From Methylophaga frappieri (GTDB taxonomy: Bacteria > Pseudomonadota > Gammaproteobacteria > Nitrosococcales > Methylophagaceae), in the NCBI RefSeq assembly GCF_000260965.1, contig NC_017856.1, positions 1,230,001-1,262,000 on the forward strand: a stretch of 32,000 bases of DNA, written 5' to 3'. Below the pieces are notes generated by a model that had not been told where the DNA came from, did not search any database, and worked only from the letters and a program-made list of their open reading frames with translations. The position numbers were made by a program, and so were the translations under genes. Shown piece after piece: positions 1 to 11,344 of this stretch (positions are counted from its first letter, which is position 1; every line of letters begins with the position of its first letter).

Positions 1-681
1 AATTACCGTCATCAACGACCATGATTGGTCACCCCAAATTGTAATATGTCGTTCTGCTAATGCTGGCGCTTGAGCAAAAACCTCCAAATAATTCAGACTG
101 CCGCTGTACATCAAGACTGCGCCAATGCCCAGTAAAAAACCAAAATCGCCAACCCGATTCACCAGAAACGCTTTCAAATTGGCATAGATGGCTGTTGGTT
201 TTTTGTACCAAAACCCAATCAGCAAGTAAGAAACCAGACCAACCGCTTCCCAGCCAAAGAACAGTTGCATGAAATTATTGGCCATCACCAGCATCAGCAT
301 GGCAAAAGTGAATAGCGACAAATAACTGAAGAACCGGCAATAGCCCGGATCCTCATGCATATAGCCGATGGTGTAGATATGCACCATAAAGGAAACGAAG
401 GTCACCACCACCATCATCACGGCGGTCAGCGCATCGACCATAAAACCCACTTCGATGCTCAGGCTGCCCGCCTGCAGCCAGTGGTAAATGGTCGCATTAA
501 AATATTGCCCGTCAACCAGCACCAGTTTCAGCACATACACTGATAAAGCAAACGCCACCGCCACCCCGGCAATGGCGACACGATGCGCATTGCGACGACC
601 AATCTGCCGTCCTAAAAAGCCCGCAATAAGGCAGCCAAATAATGGCGACAAAACCAGGGCCAGTAACAGGTTTTGTGTCAT
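1..681 (-). CDS. nuoL: NADH-quinone oxidoreductase subunit L (NuoL), first 227 codons; the gene runs off the left edge of the window
   Basis: Absent from the ORF track because no stop lies in the window. My own translation from the minus-strand ATG at 681-679 gives MTQNLLLALVLSPLFGCLIAGFLGRQIGRRN...GYMHEDPGYCRFFSYL...MQLFFGWEAVGLVSYLLIGFWYKKP, a typical NuoL/ND5 N-terminus. It starts 3 nt after the nuoK stop. Confidence 0.9.
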   Translation of the reverse strand, partial: MTQNLLLALVLSPLFGCLIAGFLGRQIGRRNAHRVAIAGVAVAFALSVYVLKLVLVDGQYFNATIYHWLQAGSLSIEVGFMVDALTAVMMVVVTFVSFMVHIYTIGYMHEDPGYCRFFSYLSLFTFAMLMLVMANNFMQLFFGWEAVGLVSYLLIGFWYKKPTAIYANLKAFLVNRVGDFGFLLGIGAVLMYSGSLNYLEVFAQAPALAERHITIWGDQSWSLMTVI

Positions 682-684
682 CTG

Positions 685-990
685 CTAACCTCTGAGTTTA
701 TCGATATCTTCAACATTGATGGTACTCAGATTTCTGAACAAAACGACAAGTATCGCTAATCCTATTGCCGCCTCTGCCGCAGCAACGGTCAGGATGAAAA
801 ATACAAAAACCTGCCCGGCAGCATCACCACTAAAATGGGAAAAAGCAATGAAATTCAGGTTGACCGCCAACAGCATCAACTCAATACACATCAACAGAAT
901 GATGATATTTTTTCGATTCAGAAAAATACCGGCAACGGAGAGACTGAACAGGATTGCCGCTAAAATCAGATAGTCGGATAGCGCAACCAT
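685..990 (-). CDS. nuoK: NADH-quinone oxidoreductase subunit K (NuoK)
   Basis: About 101 aa, three hydrophobic helices ([28 protein letters not shown]...), lying between nuoJ and nuoL. The ORF-track start at 993 is GTG. The ATG at 990 shares one base with the nuoJ TGA (TGATG). Either start is possible. Confidence 0.9.
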   Translation of the reverse strand: MVALSDYLILAAILFSLSVAGIFLNRKNIIILLMCIELMLLAVNLNFIAFSHFSGDAAGQVFVFFILTVAAAEAAIGLAILVVLFRNLSTINVEDIDKLRG

Positions 991-1598
991 CACTGAGATT
1001 CCTCATCACGCGAAGCCACCGGCATGGACACTAACCGCACCCGATCTTCGCGACGTACCCGTACCTGTTGTCCAGGGTCCTGTAACTTTCGATGATGCGG
1101 TCGCAACGTCAAGGTAATTGCCGCCACAATGGCCACCGTCAAAATCACTGCCGCAATTTCAAATGGATACACATACACGGTATAGAGCAACAAACCGAGC
1201 CGTCTCGTATTGCCACCGGCGTTCGCATCAACACTCGGTGCCGGTACTTGCTCCAGCCCAAACTGATGCACACCCAACACCGCAATCATCTCGACCACGA
1301 TCAGCGCCGCAATCACAATGCCCAGCGGTAGATAACGGGTAAAACCTTCTTTCATGGGGGTCAGGTCAATGTCCAGCATCATCACCACAAACAAAAAAAG
1401 CACCAATACCGCGCCAACATAAACCAGCACCAGACTGATAGCCAAAAATTCGGCTTCCAGCATTAACCAGATTGCCGCACTGGTAAAAAAAGCCAATACC
1501 AGAAACAAGGCAGCCCGCACTGGATTACGTACGGTAATGACCATCGTCGCTGCAAACAACAAAATGGCGGCAAACAGATAAAACGCCAGTTTTTCCAT
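990..1598 (-). CDS. nuoJ: NADH-quinone oxidoreductase subunit J (NuoJ)
   Basis: 202-aa hydrophobic ND6-like protein ([20 protein letters not shown]...) with an ATG start at 1598. Operon position is between nuoI and nuoK. Confidence 0.9.
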   Translation of the reverse strand: MEKLAFYLFAAILLFAATMVITVRNPVRAALFLVLAFFTSAAIWLMLEAEFLAISLVLVYVGAVLVLFLFVVMMLDIDLTPMKEGFTRYLPLGIVIAALIVVEMIAVLGVHQFGLEQVPAPSVDANAGGNTRRLGLLLYTVYVYPFEIAAVILTVAIVAAITLTLRPHHRKLQDPGQQVRVRREDRVRLVSMPVASRDEESQ

Positions 1599-1607
1599 AA
1601 CAGCGCC

Positions 1608-2099
1608 CTAACGATAAGGCGCATCCGCCTCCCTGTCAGCAGCAATGTCGACTTCATACTTGTCGCCAATTGCCAGTAATTGATGTTTATGCATGATGTT
1701 TTCACCCCGATTTTCAAAGTGATATTCGAAAACCCGTGTCTCTACGATGGAGTCAACTGGACAGGACTCTTCACAAAACCCGCAATAAATACATTTAAAT
1801 AAATCAATGTCGTAGCGCGTCGTTCTTCGGGTGCCATCTTCACGCGGCTCGGTATCAATGGTGATTGCCAGTGCCGGACACACGGCCTCACAGAGTTTGC
1901 ATCCGATACAGCGCTCTTCACCGTTCGGATAACGGCGCAGCGCATGTAAGCCGCGAAAACGGGGCGATTGGGGCGTTTTTTCTTCTGGATATTGCACCGT
2001 GACTTTACGTGAAAAAAAGTGTCTGCCGGTAAGTCGCATACCCTGCACCAGCTCCCACAACAGAAAACTTTTAAAAAAGTGGATAATGGCTTGTCTCAT
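1608..2099 (-). CDS. nuoI: NADH-quinone oxidoreductase subunit I (NuoI), 2x[4Fe-4S] ferredoxin-type
   Basis: 163 aa with two CxxCxxCxxxCP motifs ([24 protein letters not shown]). Its ATG overlaps the nuoH stop (ATGA). Confidence 0.95.
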   Translation of the reverse strand: MRQAIIHFFKSFLLWELVQGMRLTGRHFFSRKVTVQYPEEKTPQSPRFRGLHALRRYPNGEERCIGCKLCEAVCPALAITIDTEPREDGTRRTTRYDIDLFKCIYCGFCEESCPVDSIVETRVFEYHFENRGENIMHKHQLLAIGDKYEVDIAADREADAPYR

Positions 2100-3151
2100 A
2101 CACCGCCTCCTAAACGACTCGACTCATTAAACCAAGGGCCAATATCGAATACCTGCAAGGTGGCGATAAGCACGATCCAGACTAGCGTGACCGGAATAAA
2201 AATCTTCCAGCCAAGTCGCATGATTTGATCATAGCGATAGCGGGGAAAGGTAGCGCGAATCCAGAGATAGATGAATAAAAAGAAACTGGTTTTGATTAAT
2301 AACCAAAACAAACCCGGCACCCATGAGAATAATGGCTCCAGATAAGGAACACCCTCAAATGGAGATAACCAGCCACCCATGAACAAGGTCGCGGCCAGCA
2401 TGGAAATCAAAATCATATCGGCATATTCAGCCAGAAAGAAAACGGCAAAGGCCATGCCGGAATATTCGACATGAAAACCAGCAACAATTTCTGACTCGCC
2501 TTCGGCAATATCAAACGGTGCCCGGTTGGTTTCAGCAACACCGGAAATAAAATAAACCACAAATAGTGGCAACAAAGGCAACCAGTACCAATGCAACATA
2601 CTGCCAGATTGCGCCCGAACGATATCACCTAAATTGAGGCTGCCAGCCGCTATCAGCACACCAACCAATGCAAAACCCATTGCAATCTCATATGACACGA
2701 CCTGCGCTGCACTGCGCATTGCGCCCAAAAAGGCATAACGGGAATTGGATGCCCAGCCGGCGATCACCACCCCATAAACCGACATCGAGGTGATAGCCAG
2801 AATGTAGAGTAAGCCAGCATTAATATCAGCTAGCACCATATCGGCATCAAACGGCATCACCGCCCAAGCGGCAAGTGCCGGACCAATCGCCAATACCGGA
2901 GCAAGCACAAACAGATATAAATTGGAGCGTGCTGGCAGAATTACTTCTTTCATCAACAGTTTCAAACCATCAGCAAGCGGTTGCAACAACCCCCTTGGCC
3001 CTACTCGGTTCGGTCCGATACGCATCTGGATATAGCCAATGACCTTGCGTTCTGCCAAAGTCAAATAGGCAACAGCCCCCATCAACAACAACACGATTAG
3101 CAAAATTTTGGCTACCGTTAGTACGATATCTTGGACAAACCAGTCAAGCAT
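2096..3151 (-). CDS. nuoH: NADH-quinone oxidoreductase subunit H (NuoH)
   Basis: Polytopic ND1-like protein (...[31 protein letters not shown]...). The ORF-track start at 3196 adds 15 codons inside nuoG. The ATG at 3151 ([10 protein letters not shown]...) gives an 8-nt ATGCTTGA overlap with the nuoG stop. Confidence 0.93.
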   Translation of the reverse strand: MLDWFVQDIVLTVAKILLIVLLLMGAVAYLTLAERKVIGYIQMRIGPNRVGPRGLLQPLADGLKLLMKEVILPARSNLYLFVLAPVLAIGPALAAWAVMPFDADMVLADINAGLLYILAITSMSVYGVVIAGWASNSRYAFLGAMRSAAQVVSYEIAMGFALVGVLIAAGSLNLGDIVRAQSGSMLHWYWLPLLPLFVVYFISGVAETNRAPFDIAEGESEIVAGFHVEYSGMAFAVFFLAEYADMILISMLAATLFMGGWLSPFEGVPYLEPLFSWVPGLFWLLIKTSFFLFIYLWIRATFPRYRYDQIMRLGWKIFIPVTLVWIVLIATLQVFDIGPWFNESSRLGGGV

Positions 3152-5498
3152 CAACCAGCGCCTCCAAAGCATGCAATGAGACCAAACCAAATGCACTACC
3201 TAATTGCTGGCTTAGCTCGGTAGCAGCTGCGAGATAGACACAGCCTGGGGCAATCGTTTTGTCGAGCATAAACGGCGCTTCAACTTGTTTCTCGCCCTGG
3301 CGAATCAAAACCTCACTTGCCTCAGCCAAGCCCAGCTTGGTAGCCGTCTCAGGGTGTATTCTGACGATACGATTCAGTCTGCTTTCAGGTGTTTTCTGCA
3401 GCGGCTCACTGCGCCTTTGTAGACTGTCACCGCAATACATGCCGACTTCAGAAATCAGCTGCAGCGTATTTTCATCCGTACTATCCGGTACTGGCTCATC
3501 GGGTAGAAACGAGGAAAATTTTTGTTCACTGGTGGCGATTTTCTGCTTCAGTTCATCTCGAACCTCGGTCGGCGCAACATAATCAAATCCAGTTAAGGCG
3601 TTGAGATTGGCGAGAACACGTAAGATTTTCCAGCCAGGGCGCGCCTCACCAAAAGGACTAACAGCACCATTAAACGATTGCCACCGCCCATCGAGGCCAA
3701 CAAATGTGCCTGCCGTTTCCGCAAAACTGGCTAACGGCAACATGACATCCGCATAATCACGAATTGCATCCGACCAAAAGCGGTTGATTGCCACATTAAA
3801 GCTGGCCTGCTGCAATGCATCACAAAGTGCAGATGGGTCACTGCCGTCGTAAGCTGGCTCAACATCAAACAACACGTAGCCCCTGCGCTGTCGTTGCCAT
3901 AAGGACGCTGGCGTTATAGCAGGGGTATCCGGGCAAACTCCAGCAAGGGTCAGGCCGCGGCTATTTGCGTCAGGTAGAATCAGTAACGTTGCCTGACTGA
4001 GTTCACAAATTAACTGCGCTAACGCACGAATTGTCGCCGCTTGGGGATGCTGATTCGCCACTGCGCCCACAATCAACTGTGGCTGTGTTGCATTAGCAAG
4101 CTGCATGGCGATATTTTGTTGGGTACTGTTTGGTTGAACATCGACCAACCACTGCTGCCAACCCGATGTCACTTGGTCATCGTTTTGCAGTAAAGTACGG
4201 GCGATTCCGGCAAGCAAGGCAACCAGCTGTTTAGGTGCGAGTAATACCTGATGTTGTACCGGCATTAATAAATCACGTTTCTGGAAGCCGACCTCGCTGA
4301 CCAGAGCCCCTTGTAAAGCTGCTTGACGTATTCGGTGGGCGACAATTGGCGCTTCGCTGCGTATGTTGCTGCCAATAACCAGAATCGCATCACTGCTTTC
4401 AATTTCTGGCAATGTCATTGAGGTTGACCAATAGGCGGCTTGCGCATCATCAACTGACTGCAGGCGCAGACGATGATCAATCGCATCAACGCCTCGCGCC
4501 CGAAGCCACTTCTGAAACAAGTGTCCCTCTTCAAGGGTTGCTGTGGGCGACATTAATCCAGCAACCGCACTATCGCCATGCTTGGTTTGAACCGCGTCCA
4601 AGCCATCAATGGCAAATGATAAAGCGGTTTGCCAATCCGTTTCTTGCCAGACGCCTTGATGTTTGATCATCGGTTTTGCTGCTCGATCAGCATGCCTTAG
4701 CCCGAGATAGCTAAAGCGATCCCGATCTGAAATCCACGTTTCATTGACAGACTCATTATCTTTGGGGACAACGCGCATCACTTCATTGCCACGCACATGC
4801 AATTCCAATGCGGAACCGACCGCATCATGAGGCGCAACCGAAGCAAAAGACTGCATTTCCCACGCTCTGGCTTTGTAGCGGAAGGGTTTAGAGGTCAATG
4901 CACCAACCGGACACAGGTCAATAATGTTGCCTGATAATTCTGAAGCCAGACTGTGCTCAACATAAGTGCCGATTTCCATATGCTCGCCCCGTCCCGTAGC
5001 ACCGAGTTCCTTAATCCCCGCAATCTCGGTGCCAAACCGAACACACCGGGTGCAATGAATACATCGGGTCATTTCAGTTTGGATCAGTGGGCCAATGTCT
5101 TTATCTTTAACCACCCGTTTCTTTTCTGAAAAACGACTGATTCCTTTACCGTAGCCGAGAGATAAATCCTGTAACTCACATTCGCCAGCTTGGTCACAGA
5201 TCGGACAGTCCAATGGATGATTAATCAGCAAAAACTCCATGACGCCACGTTGCGCTGCCAGTGCCACTTTGGACTGAGTAAAGACTTTCATCCCCTCTGT
5301 AACAGGCGTCGCACAGGCTGGTAATGCTTTGCGCGATTTGTCGACCTCCACCAGACACATGCGACAATTCGCGGCAATCGATAATTTTTTATGGTAACAA
5401 AACCGCGGTATATCAATGCCGGCCTCGTCTGCAGCCTGAATAATCATCCGGCTTTCATCGACTTTCAAAGGAATGCCATCAATTTCAATATTAACCAT
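3144..5498 (-). CDS. nuoG: NADH-quinone oxidoreductase subunit G (NuoG), 784 aa, short non-enteric type
   Basis: Fe-S motifs [47 protein letters not shown] and CPVGALT. The ORF-track start at 5612 lies inside nuoF. The ATG at 5498 ([13 protein letters not shown]...) overlaps the nuoF stop (ATGGTTAA). Confidence 0.95.
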   Translation of the reverse strand: MVNIEIDGIPLKVDESRMIIQAADEAGIDIPRFCYHKKLSIAANCRMCLVEVDKSRKALPACATPVTEGMKVFTQSKVALAAQRGVMEFLLINHPLDCPICDQAGECELQDLSLGYGKGISRFSEKKRVVKDKDIGPLIQTEMTRCIHCTRCVRFGTEIAGIKELGATGRGEHMEIGTYVEHSLASELSGNIIDLCPVGALTSKPFRYKARAWEMQSFASVAPHDAVGSALELHVRGNEVMRVVPKDNESVNETWISDRDRFSYLGLRHADRAAKPMIKHQGVWQETDWQTALSFAIDGLDAVQTKHGDSAVAGLMSPTATLEEGHLFQKWLRARGVDAIDHRLRLQSVDDAQAAYWSTSMTLPEIESSDAILVIGSNIRSEAPIVAHRIRQAALQGALVSEVGFQKRDLLMPVQHQVLLAPKQLVALLAGIARTLLQNDDQVTSGWQQWLVDVQPNSTQQNIAMQLANATQPQLIVGAVANQHPQAATIRALAQLICELSQATLLILPDANSRGLTLAGVCPDTPAITPASLWQRQRRGYVLFDVEPAYDGSDPSALCDALQQASFNVAINRFWSDAIRDYADVMLPLASFAETAGTFVGLDGRWQSFNGAVSPFGEARPGWKILRVLANLNALTGFDYVAPTEVRDELKQKIATSEQKFSSFLPDEPVPDSTDENTLQLISEVGMYCGDSLQRRSEPLQKTPESRLNRIVRIHPETATKLGLAEASEVLIRQGEKQVEAPFMLDKTIAPGCVYLAAATELSQQLGSAFGLVSLHALEALVDA

Positions 5499-6795
5499 AT
5501 TGACGCAACCCTTCTGGTTCACTCTCAACCAAGCAACAACCGTGATCAATGTGGTATTGAAACTCATCCCGAAAATGCTTGATAAAGCTAATGACGGGCG
5601 CCGCAGCCGCATCCCCTAAAGCACAAATTGTATTGCCATCAATATTGCTGGCAACATCTACCAGTCGATCCAGATCTTCCTGACGACCTTGTCCATTTTC
5701 AATACGATGAATGACCCGATATAACCAGCCTGTTCCCTCCCGGCAAGGTGTACATTGACCACAAGACTCTTCGTAATAGAAATAAGCAATCCGCTCCAGG
5801 GCTTTAACCATACAGGTTGAGTCATCCATCACGATAACCGAGCCAGCACCCAACATGGAACCGGCCTTGCCTATACCGTCATAACTCATTGTGGTTTCCA
5901 TCATCACCGTAGCCGGTACCACTGGCGTCGAAGAGCCACCAGGAATCACAGCTTTAAGCTGATGCCCATCTCGAACACCACCAGCCAGTGCCAGCAAATC
6001 AGCAAAAGGCATGCCTAGTGGCACCTCATAATTTCCCGGTTTATTAACATGCCCGGTCACACAAAAAATCTTTTGACCACCGTTGTTTGGCGTACCCAGT
6101 TCATGAAACCAGTCAGCGCCATGCTGCAAAATGACCGGTACTGACGCTAGGGTTTCGGTATTGTTAATGGTGGTGGGACGGCCATAAAGCCCATATCCAG
6201 CTGGGAATGGCGGTTTATATCGCGGCTGACCTTTTTTACCCTCTAAAGACTCAAGCAGAGCGGTCTCTTCACCACAAATATAGGCACCAGCGCCGGGATG
6301 CAGATATAAATCAAAATGAAAGCCGCTGCCCAATATGTCTTGCCCCAAATAGCCCGCTTCACGGGCTTCAATCAAGGCCTGTCGAAACCGGTCTATAGGT
6401 TCGAAAAACTCGCCACGGATGTAGTTATAGCCGGTGTTGGCACCGATGGTATAACCGGCAATGATCATGCCTTCAATCAGTTGATGCGGGTTATAACGTA
6501 AAATATCTCTATCTTTACAGGTACCGGGCTCACCTTCGTCAGAATTACAGACAATATACTTCGCGCCCGGCATACGGCGCGGCATAAAACTCCATTTCAA
6601 CCCCGTTGGGAAACCCGCTCCACCACGACCACGCAATGCTGAATTCTTTAATTGCTCAATGATCACTTCCTGACGAGTTTTATCACGCAAAATCTGCTCT
6701 AAAACCTGATAGCCACCGACTTTACGGTAATTTTCCAGCGTCCATGGCTGGTCAAACTGCATTGTGCGGAAACAAACCTGATTTAGCTGTTGCAT
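5491..6795 (-). CDS. nuoF: NADH-quinone oxidoreductase subunit F (NuoF), NADH/FMN-binding
   Basis: Motifs [13 protein letters not shown] and [12 protein letters not shown]. The ATG at 6795 shares one base with the nuoE TGA. A GTG one codon upstream (6798, the ORF-track start) is an alternative. Confidence 0.95.
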   Translation of the reverse strand: MQQLNQVCFRTMQFDQPWTLENYRKVGGYQVLEQILRDKTRQEVIIEQLKNSALRGRGGAGFPTGLKWSFMPRRMPGAKYIVCNSDEGEPGTCKDRDILRYNPHQLIEGMIIAGYTIGANTGYNYIRGEFFEPIDRFRQALIEAREAGYLGQDILGSGFHFDLYLHPGAGAYICGEETALLESLEGKKGQPRYKPPFPAGYGLYGRPTTINNTETLASVPVILQHGADWFHELGTPNNGGQKIFCVTGHVNKPGNYEVPLGMPFADLLALAGGVRDGHQLKAVIPGGSSTPVVPATVMMETTMSYDGIGKAGSMLGAGSVIVMDDSTCMVKALERIAYFYYEESCGQCTPCREGTGWLYRVIHRIENGQGRQEDLDRLVDVASNIDGNTICALGDAAAAPVISFIKHFRDEFQYHIDHGCCLVESEPEGLRQYG

Positions 6796-7304
6796 CACGT
6801 TATCTCGTCAAGAATGGCATCAATTTTCTCAGGGGTCAGATGCTCATGATACTGTCGATCTAATAACAACATCGGCGCACCAACACAGGCCCCTAAACAC
6901 TCCACTTCCGCTAACGTATACTTGCCATCTTGTGTCGTTTCGCCAAAGCCGATCCCCAGTTTTTTTTGAATATGCTCGGCCATTTTTTCCGAACCGCATA
7001 ACTGGCAGGAAATGTTGGTGCATAGACAAATTTTGTGCCGGCCCACCGGCGATAAATCAAACATGGTATAAAAAGTGGCGACCTCGTAAACACTGATTTC
7101 AGGTACATCCAGATAGAGAGCCAGTGCTTGCATCAAAGGCTTGCTCAGCCAACCATCATGATGGGATTGCAAAACATGCAAACAGGGAATTAAGGCCGAC
7201 TGCGATTGACCTGCCGGATATTGTGCTATCCATTCATCCAACTGTTGGCGCACAGCTTCGTTAAAAAGGTCTTCACGAAGCCCGGATAATTGCATTTCCG
7301 TCAT
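6795..7304 (-). CDS. nuoE: NADH-quinone oxidoreductase subunit E (NuoE), 2Fe-2S
   Basis: 169 aa, thioredoxin-like 2Fe-2S pattern ([13 protein letters not shown] ... [11 protein letters not shown]). ATGA overlap with the nuoD stop. Confidence 0.95.
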   Translation of the reverse strand: MTEMQLSGLREDLFNEAVRQQLDEWIAQYPAGQSQSALIPCLHVLQSHHDGWLSKPLMQALALYLDVPEISVYEVATFYTMFDLSPVGRHKICLCTNISCQLCGSEKMAEHIQKKLGIGFGETTQDGKYTLAEVECLGACVGAPMLLLDRQYHEHLTPEKIDAILDEIT

Positions 7305-8554
7305 CGATCAATCTCCCCGAACACAATATCCATCGTGCCAATGATTGCTACAACATCCGCCAGCATATGACCTTTAGCCATCTCATCCATTGCCGCCAAG
7401 TGCGGAAACCCGGGCGCCCGAATTTTGACTCGATACGGTTTATTCGCACCATCAGAGACCAGATACACCCCAAATTCCCCTTTCGGATGTTCAACAGCAG
7501 CATAGACTTCGCCCTCGGGCACGCAATAGCCCTCCGTGAACAATTTGAAGTGATGTATCAATGCCTCCATATCATCTTTCATATCCGCCCGGTGTGGCGG
7601 AGCAACTTTGGCGTTATCAGTAATCACTGGCCCTGGATTCACCCTGAGCCAATCAATGCATTGCTGCATAATGTTTGCCGACTGACGCATTTCTTCTACT
7701 CTGACCAGATAGCGGTCATAACAGTCCCCTTCCTTGCCAATGGGAATCTCAAACGCTAATTGATCATAAACTTCATAAGGTTGCTTGCGACGTAAATCCC
7801 ACTCAATACCGGAGCCGCGAAGCATCGGTCCGGTAAAGCCCAGCTGTAAAGCACGTTCAGGGGTGATGACACCGATTCCTACCGTGCGTTGTTTCCAGAT
7901 TCGGTTATCGGTGAGTAACGTCTCGTACTCATCCACACACGCCGGAAATCGCTGGACAAAATCCTCAATAAAATCCAGTAAGCTGCCTTGGCGGTTGGCA
8001 TTTTTAGCATCAACCTCTTTTTGACTGTGCCATTTTGATGCTTGATAGAGGGGCATTCTGGCGGGTAAATCACGGTATACGCCGCCCGGACGATAATAGG
8101 TAGCATGCATACGAGCGCCAGAGACGGCCTCGTAACAATCCATTAAATCCTCACGCTCACGGAAACAGTAAAGGAAAATGGTCATGGCCCCGATATCGAG
8201 CCCATGTGCACCCAGCCACATCAGATGATTCAGAATCCGAGTCATTTCATCAAATAACACACGGATGTATTGCGCTCTGAGTGGCGGTGTGATGCCCAGC
8301 AGTTTTTCAATGGCCATCACATAAGCATGCTCATTACACATCATCGACACATAATCGAGCCGATCCATATAACCAATACTCTGATTAAAAGGTTTGGATT
8401 CGGCTAGTTTTTCTGTACCACGATGCAACAAACCAATATGTGGATCAGCGCGTTCAATAACCTCGCCATCCATTTCCAGGATAAGACGCAACACACCATG
8501 CGCGGCCGGGTGTTGCGGACCGAAATTGAGTGTGTAATTTTTAATCTCGGCCAC
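7301..8554 (-). CDS. nuoD: NADH-quinone oxidoreductase subunit D (NuoD), separate from NuoC
   Basis: 417 aa beginning [24 protein letters not shown]. The start codon is GTG (plus-strand cac at 8552-8554) and shares one base with the nuoC TAG. No ATG alternative lies upstream of the conserved N-terminus. Confidence 0.95.
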   Translation of the reverse strand: MAEIKNYTLNFGPQHPAAHGVLRLILEMDGEVIERADPHIGLLHRGTEKLAESKPFNQSIGYMDRLDYVSMMCNEHAYVMAIEKLLGITPPLRAQYIRVLFDEMTRILNHLMWLGAHGLDIGAMTIFLYCFREREDLMDCYEAVSGARMHATYYRPGGVYRDLPARMPLYQASKWHSQKEVDAKNANRQGSLLDFIEDFVQRFPACVDEYETLLTDNRIWKQRTVGIGVITPERALQLGFTGPMLRGSGIEWDLRRKQPYEVYDQLAFEIPIGKEGDCYDRYLVRVEEMRQSANIMQQCIDWLRVNPGPVITDNAKVAPPHRADMKDDMEALIHHFKLFTEGYCVPEGEVYAAVEHPKGEFGVYLVSDGANKPYRVKIRAPGFPHLAAMDEMAKGHMLADVVAIIGTMDIVFGEIDR

Positions 8555-9213
8555 TAATTTGGCTCCTGACGATAGCGGTTATCATCACGAATAACACGAG
8601 GGACCAAGGTTCGTGGGTCAATACTGACTGGTTCATAAATGACCCGTTTCTGCGTTTCGTCATAACGCATTTCTACGGTGCCGATAAGCGGGAAATCTTT
8701 TCTAAAGGGATGACCGACAAAACCATAATCCGTCAGAATGCGCCGCAGATCAGGATGGCCGCGAAATAAAATACCGAACAAGTCAAAGGCTTCACGTTCA
8801 TACCAGTCTGCACATCGCCAGATTGTCATGACAGAATCGATGACCGGCGTTTCAGCTGTGAGGTGTACTTTTAGTCTTAACCGTTGGTTTTTGCGCACAG
8901 ACAATAAATGGTAAACCACCGCAAAACGATAACCTTCTACGACATTTTCGTTTTCATTTTGTGGCTCTCTGGCCCGGCTAAAACCGTGTTCGGAGGCTTG
9001 TTTGGTTTCCCAACCACTGTCCCCGTAGGCAACATAATCAACGCCACACAAATCGATTAGTTGAGTAAAGCCAAACTCATCACGCAATTGTGTACAAACA
9101 CTGCAAAGTTGGTCGGCTTCTAAATAAAGCGTCAGTTCACCTCGACTGACTTCACAGTCAACTAATGCCTCGGCAAAAGCCTGCTGCAATGTTGCTTTAA
9201 GTGAAGCAATCAT
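8554..9213 (-). CDS. nuoC: NADH-quinone oxidoreductase subunit C (NuoC, 30-kDa subunit)
   Basis: 219 aa containing [33 protein letters not shown] overlap with the nuoB stop. Confidence 0.95.
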   Translation of the reverse strand: MIASLKATLQQAFAEALVDCEVSRGELTLYLEADQLCSVCTQLRDEFGFTQLIDLCGVDYVAYGDSGWETKQASEHGFSRAREPQNENENVVEGYRFAVVYHLLSVRKNQRLRLKVHLTAETPVIDSVMTIWRCADWYEREAFDLFGILFRGHPDLRRILTDYGFVGHPFRKDFPLIGTVEMRYDETQKRVIYEPVSIDPRTLVPRVIRDDNRYRQEPN

Positions 9214-9701
9214 GCCGGCGTCACCTGCTTAGCAATCGTATTGGTGCGTTGGATTTTCTTTTGTAATTGAATGATACCGTACAACAAGGCCTCCGCTGTA
9301 GGCGGACAACCCGGCACATAAATATCGACCGGAACGATGCGATCACAACCGCGAACCACAGAGTAAGAATAATGATAATAACCGCCGCCATTGGCACAAG
9401 ATCCCATGGAGATGACCCATCTCGGCTCAGACATCTGGTCATAAACCTTACGTAGCGCTGGCGCCATTTTATTCACCAGTGTCCCGGCCACAATCATCAC
9501 ATCGGACTGGCGAGGGCTGGGCCGAAAAACAATACCGAAACGGTCCAGATCATAGCGGGCTGCCCCGGCATGCATCATCTCAACCGCACAGCAGGCAAGG
9601 CCAAAAGTCATCGGCCACATCGACCCCGTGCGCGCCCAGTTAATCAGTTTATCGGCACTGGTCGTGACAACCCCTTCTTTGAGAATCCCCTCTACTCCCA
9701 T
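9210..9701 (-). CDS. nuoB: NADH-quinone oxidoreductase subunit B (NuoB), N2 cluster subunit
   Basis: 163 aa with [18 protein letters not shown] and VPGCPP cysteine motifs. 10-nt overlap with the 3' end of nuoA. Confidence 0.95.
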   Translation of the reverse strand: MGVEGILKEGVVTTSADKLINWARTGSMWPMTFGLACCAVEMMHAGAARYDLDRFGIVFRPSPRQSDVMIVAGTLVNKMAPALRKVYDQMSEPRWVISMGSCANGGGYYHYSYSVVRGCDRIVPVDIYVPGCPPTAEALLYGIIQLQKKIQRTNTIAKQVTPA

Positions 9702-10060
9702 TCAAGCGCCCCTTTTTTCCATTCATAGACAAAGCCAACGACCAAAATGCTTAAAAAAAGAAACATGGCCAGTAAACCAAACACGCCAATGTCATCCAGC
9801 ACAATTGCCCATGGAAATAAAAATGCGATCTCGAGATCAAAAATGATAAATAGAATAGCCACAAGGTAATAGCGCACATCAAACTTGCCGTGCGTATCTT
9901 CAAAAGGCGGGAACCCGCATTCATAAGTTGAGGTCTTTTCCGCGTCAGGACGACGCGGTGCCAGCACAAAACCAGCCAATAACGGAATAATGCCGAAACC
10001 GACACCAATAAGAATAAATAATAATATGGGGAGATAGCTCTCCAACATCGACACTGCCAT
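9692..10060 (-). CDS. nuoA: NADH-quinone oxidoreductase subunit A (NuoA)
   Basis: 122 aa, three TM helices, YECGF motif. ATG at 10060 is preceded by a purine-rich GGAAAGAGAGA. It is the first gene of the operon. Confidence 0.93.
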   Translation of the reverse strand: MAVSMLESYLPILLFILIGVGFGIIPLLAGFVLAPRRPDAEKTSTYECGFPPFEDTHGKFDVRYYLVAILFIIFDLEIAFLFPWAIVLDDIGVFGLLAMFLFLSILVVGFVYEWKKGALEWE

Positions 10061-10427
10061 TCTCTCTTTCCAATTTACGCCACCTTAATCTGGTGATCTT
10101 ATGGATTGTCCCAGCAGGGATTCATACTCATTTATCTTGATAGTACACATTTAACGCGGGCATGAGAAGCCGTAAGCCACTTGCGACTTTAGAGACCTAA
10201 AATGAGCCGTTTATCCATTAAATTTTGCGCACAGACCATCCTCCAATGGAATTTATCAAGCAAAATCCCGCGACATTCCTGAGGTTTGGGATTGGACCAG
10301 ATTTAATAAAACCAGTTTGACGCGTCACTGCTATCATCTTGCCTAGACAAATCTCGTTATCCAAACGCGATACGGATACATCATCCTCAGCATCATGAAA
10401 CCAAACTGATATGACAAAGATTTTTCA
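10061..10427. promoter_or_regulatory. 367-nt divergent non-coding region upstream of nuoA (-) and rarD (+); the nuo promoter and leader are expected here
   Basis: No ORF of 60 aa or more. The region is flanked by two divergent start codons. I found only weak sigma70-like hexamers (for example TTGACG at 10317-10322 on the plus strand), so no transcription start is called. Confidence 0.4.
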
Positions 10428-11306
10428 ATGCACGGACTGATCCTGGCTATTTCGGCTTATCTTATCTGGGGTGGATTCCCGCTGTTTTTCCATTATTTAA
10501 GCCATGTTGCTGCTACAGAAGTACTGGCTCACCGTATCGTATGGTCGTTTATGGCTACCTTATTGCTGGGTTTGATATTAGGCCGGGGACGGACATTACG
10601 CCGCTTGATTAGCGATGGCCATCAAATGCGTTGGCTGTTTCTATCCGCCTTGTTAATTGCAATTAATTGGTTAATTTACATCTGGGCGGTCAGTCAGCAA
10701 CGGGTACTGGAGGCCAGTCTTGGCTATTTTATTACCCCCGTGCTCAGTTTATTACTGGCTCGCCTGATTCTGAAAGAAACGCTGCATCTCCTGCAATGGT
10801 GGGCAGCCGCTTTTGCCGGACTGGCGATCGCCTGGGAATTAATCAGTCTCAAGACCTTGCCCTGGATTGGACTATCCCTGGCGATTGCTTTTGCACTTTA
10901 CGGACTGATTCGTAAACAACATCCCGTTGATGGCTTAAACGGATTGACTGCTGAGTGCCTGACCTTACTTCCCTTAACCCTGATATGGTTTATCTGGCAA
11001 ATCAGTTTTTATCCGGCAACATTAGCATTTGGTCATAACGCCTTTAACACAACAATGCTGATCAGTGCTGGTCTGCTTACTGCATTACCATTGGTTTTAT
11101 TTGCAATGGCGGCAAAACGCGCTGATTTGTCAGTCGTTGGCTTTTTTATGTATCTCAATCCGACTGTCCAATTTTTGATTGGGGTATTTGTTTTACATGA
11201 GGCTTATCCACCAGAAAGGCAGATTACATTTATTTTGATATGGATTGGCATGCTGCTGTTTATTGCCGGCATGTGGCGACAACGCCAGCAGCGGCGTTCG
11301 ACATAA
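10428..11306 (+). CDS. rarD: RarD-type EamA/DMT-family permease
   Basis: 292 aa, about 10 TM helices. It aligns by eye with E. coli RarD along its length (AYLIWGGFPLFF, HRIVWSF, LEASLGYFITP, basic C-terminal tail). Confidence 0.85.
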   Translation: MHGLILAISAYLIWGGFPLFFHYLSHVAATEVLAHRIVWSFMATLLLGLILGRGRTLRRLISDGHQMRWLFLSALLIAINWLIYIWAVSQQRVLEASLGYFITPVLSLLLARLILKETLHLLQWWAAAFAGLAIAWELISLKTLPWIGLSLAIAFALYGLIRKQHPVDGLNGLTAECLTLLPLTLIWFIWQISFYPATLAFGHNAFNTTMLISAGLLTALPLVLFAMAAKRADLSVVGFFMYLNPTVQFLIGVFVLHEAYPPERQITFILIWIGMLLFIAGMWRQRQQRRST

Positions 11307-11337
11307 AAAAACCCGCCAGACCAGGTCAGGCAGGTTT
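11305..11337 (-). terminator. Intrinsic terminator after tRNA-Leu (minus strand); probably also serves rarD on the plus strand
   Basis: The minus strand reads AAACCTGCCTGACC-T-GGTCTGGCGGGTTT followed by a run of 7 T. The long GC-rich hairpin has 2 mismatches. The rarD TAA stop lies within the complementary A-run. Confidence 0.8.
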
Positions 11338-11344
11338 CATCAAT

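Noticed and set aside
5499-5612. N-terminal extensions suggested by the ORF track for nuoG (to 5612), nuoH (to 3196), secG (to 11813) and ftsH (TTG at 16717).
   Set aside because: The extensions overlap the upstream gene and have no homology-like sequence. Internal ATG codons coincide with the conserved N-termini and with classic stop/start overlaps or Shine-Dalgarno sites.
10074-10078. GTAAA (minus strand) just upstream of the nuoA ribosome-binding site, as a possible CpxR site repressing nuo.
   Set aside because: It is a single pentamer. The position 5 nt downstream reads AAGAG rather than GTAAA, and a lone 5-mer is expected by chance.
10162-10282. Short ORFs in the nuoA-rarD spacer: 12 and 26 codons on the plus strand, and 16-17 codons on the minus strand.
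   Set aside because: None has a properly spaced Shine-Dalgarno sequence or any recognisable feature. They are indistinguishable from random ORFs.
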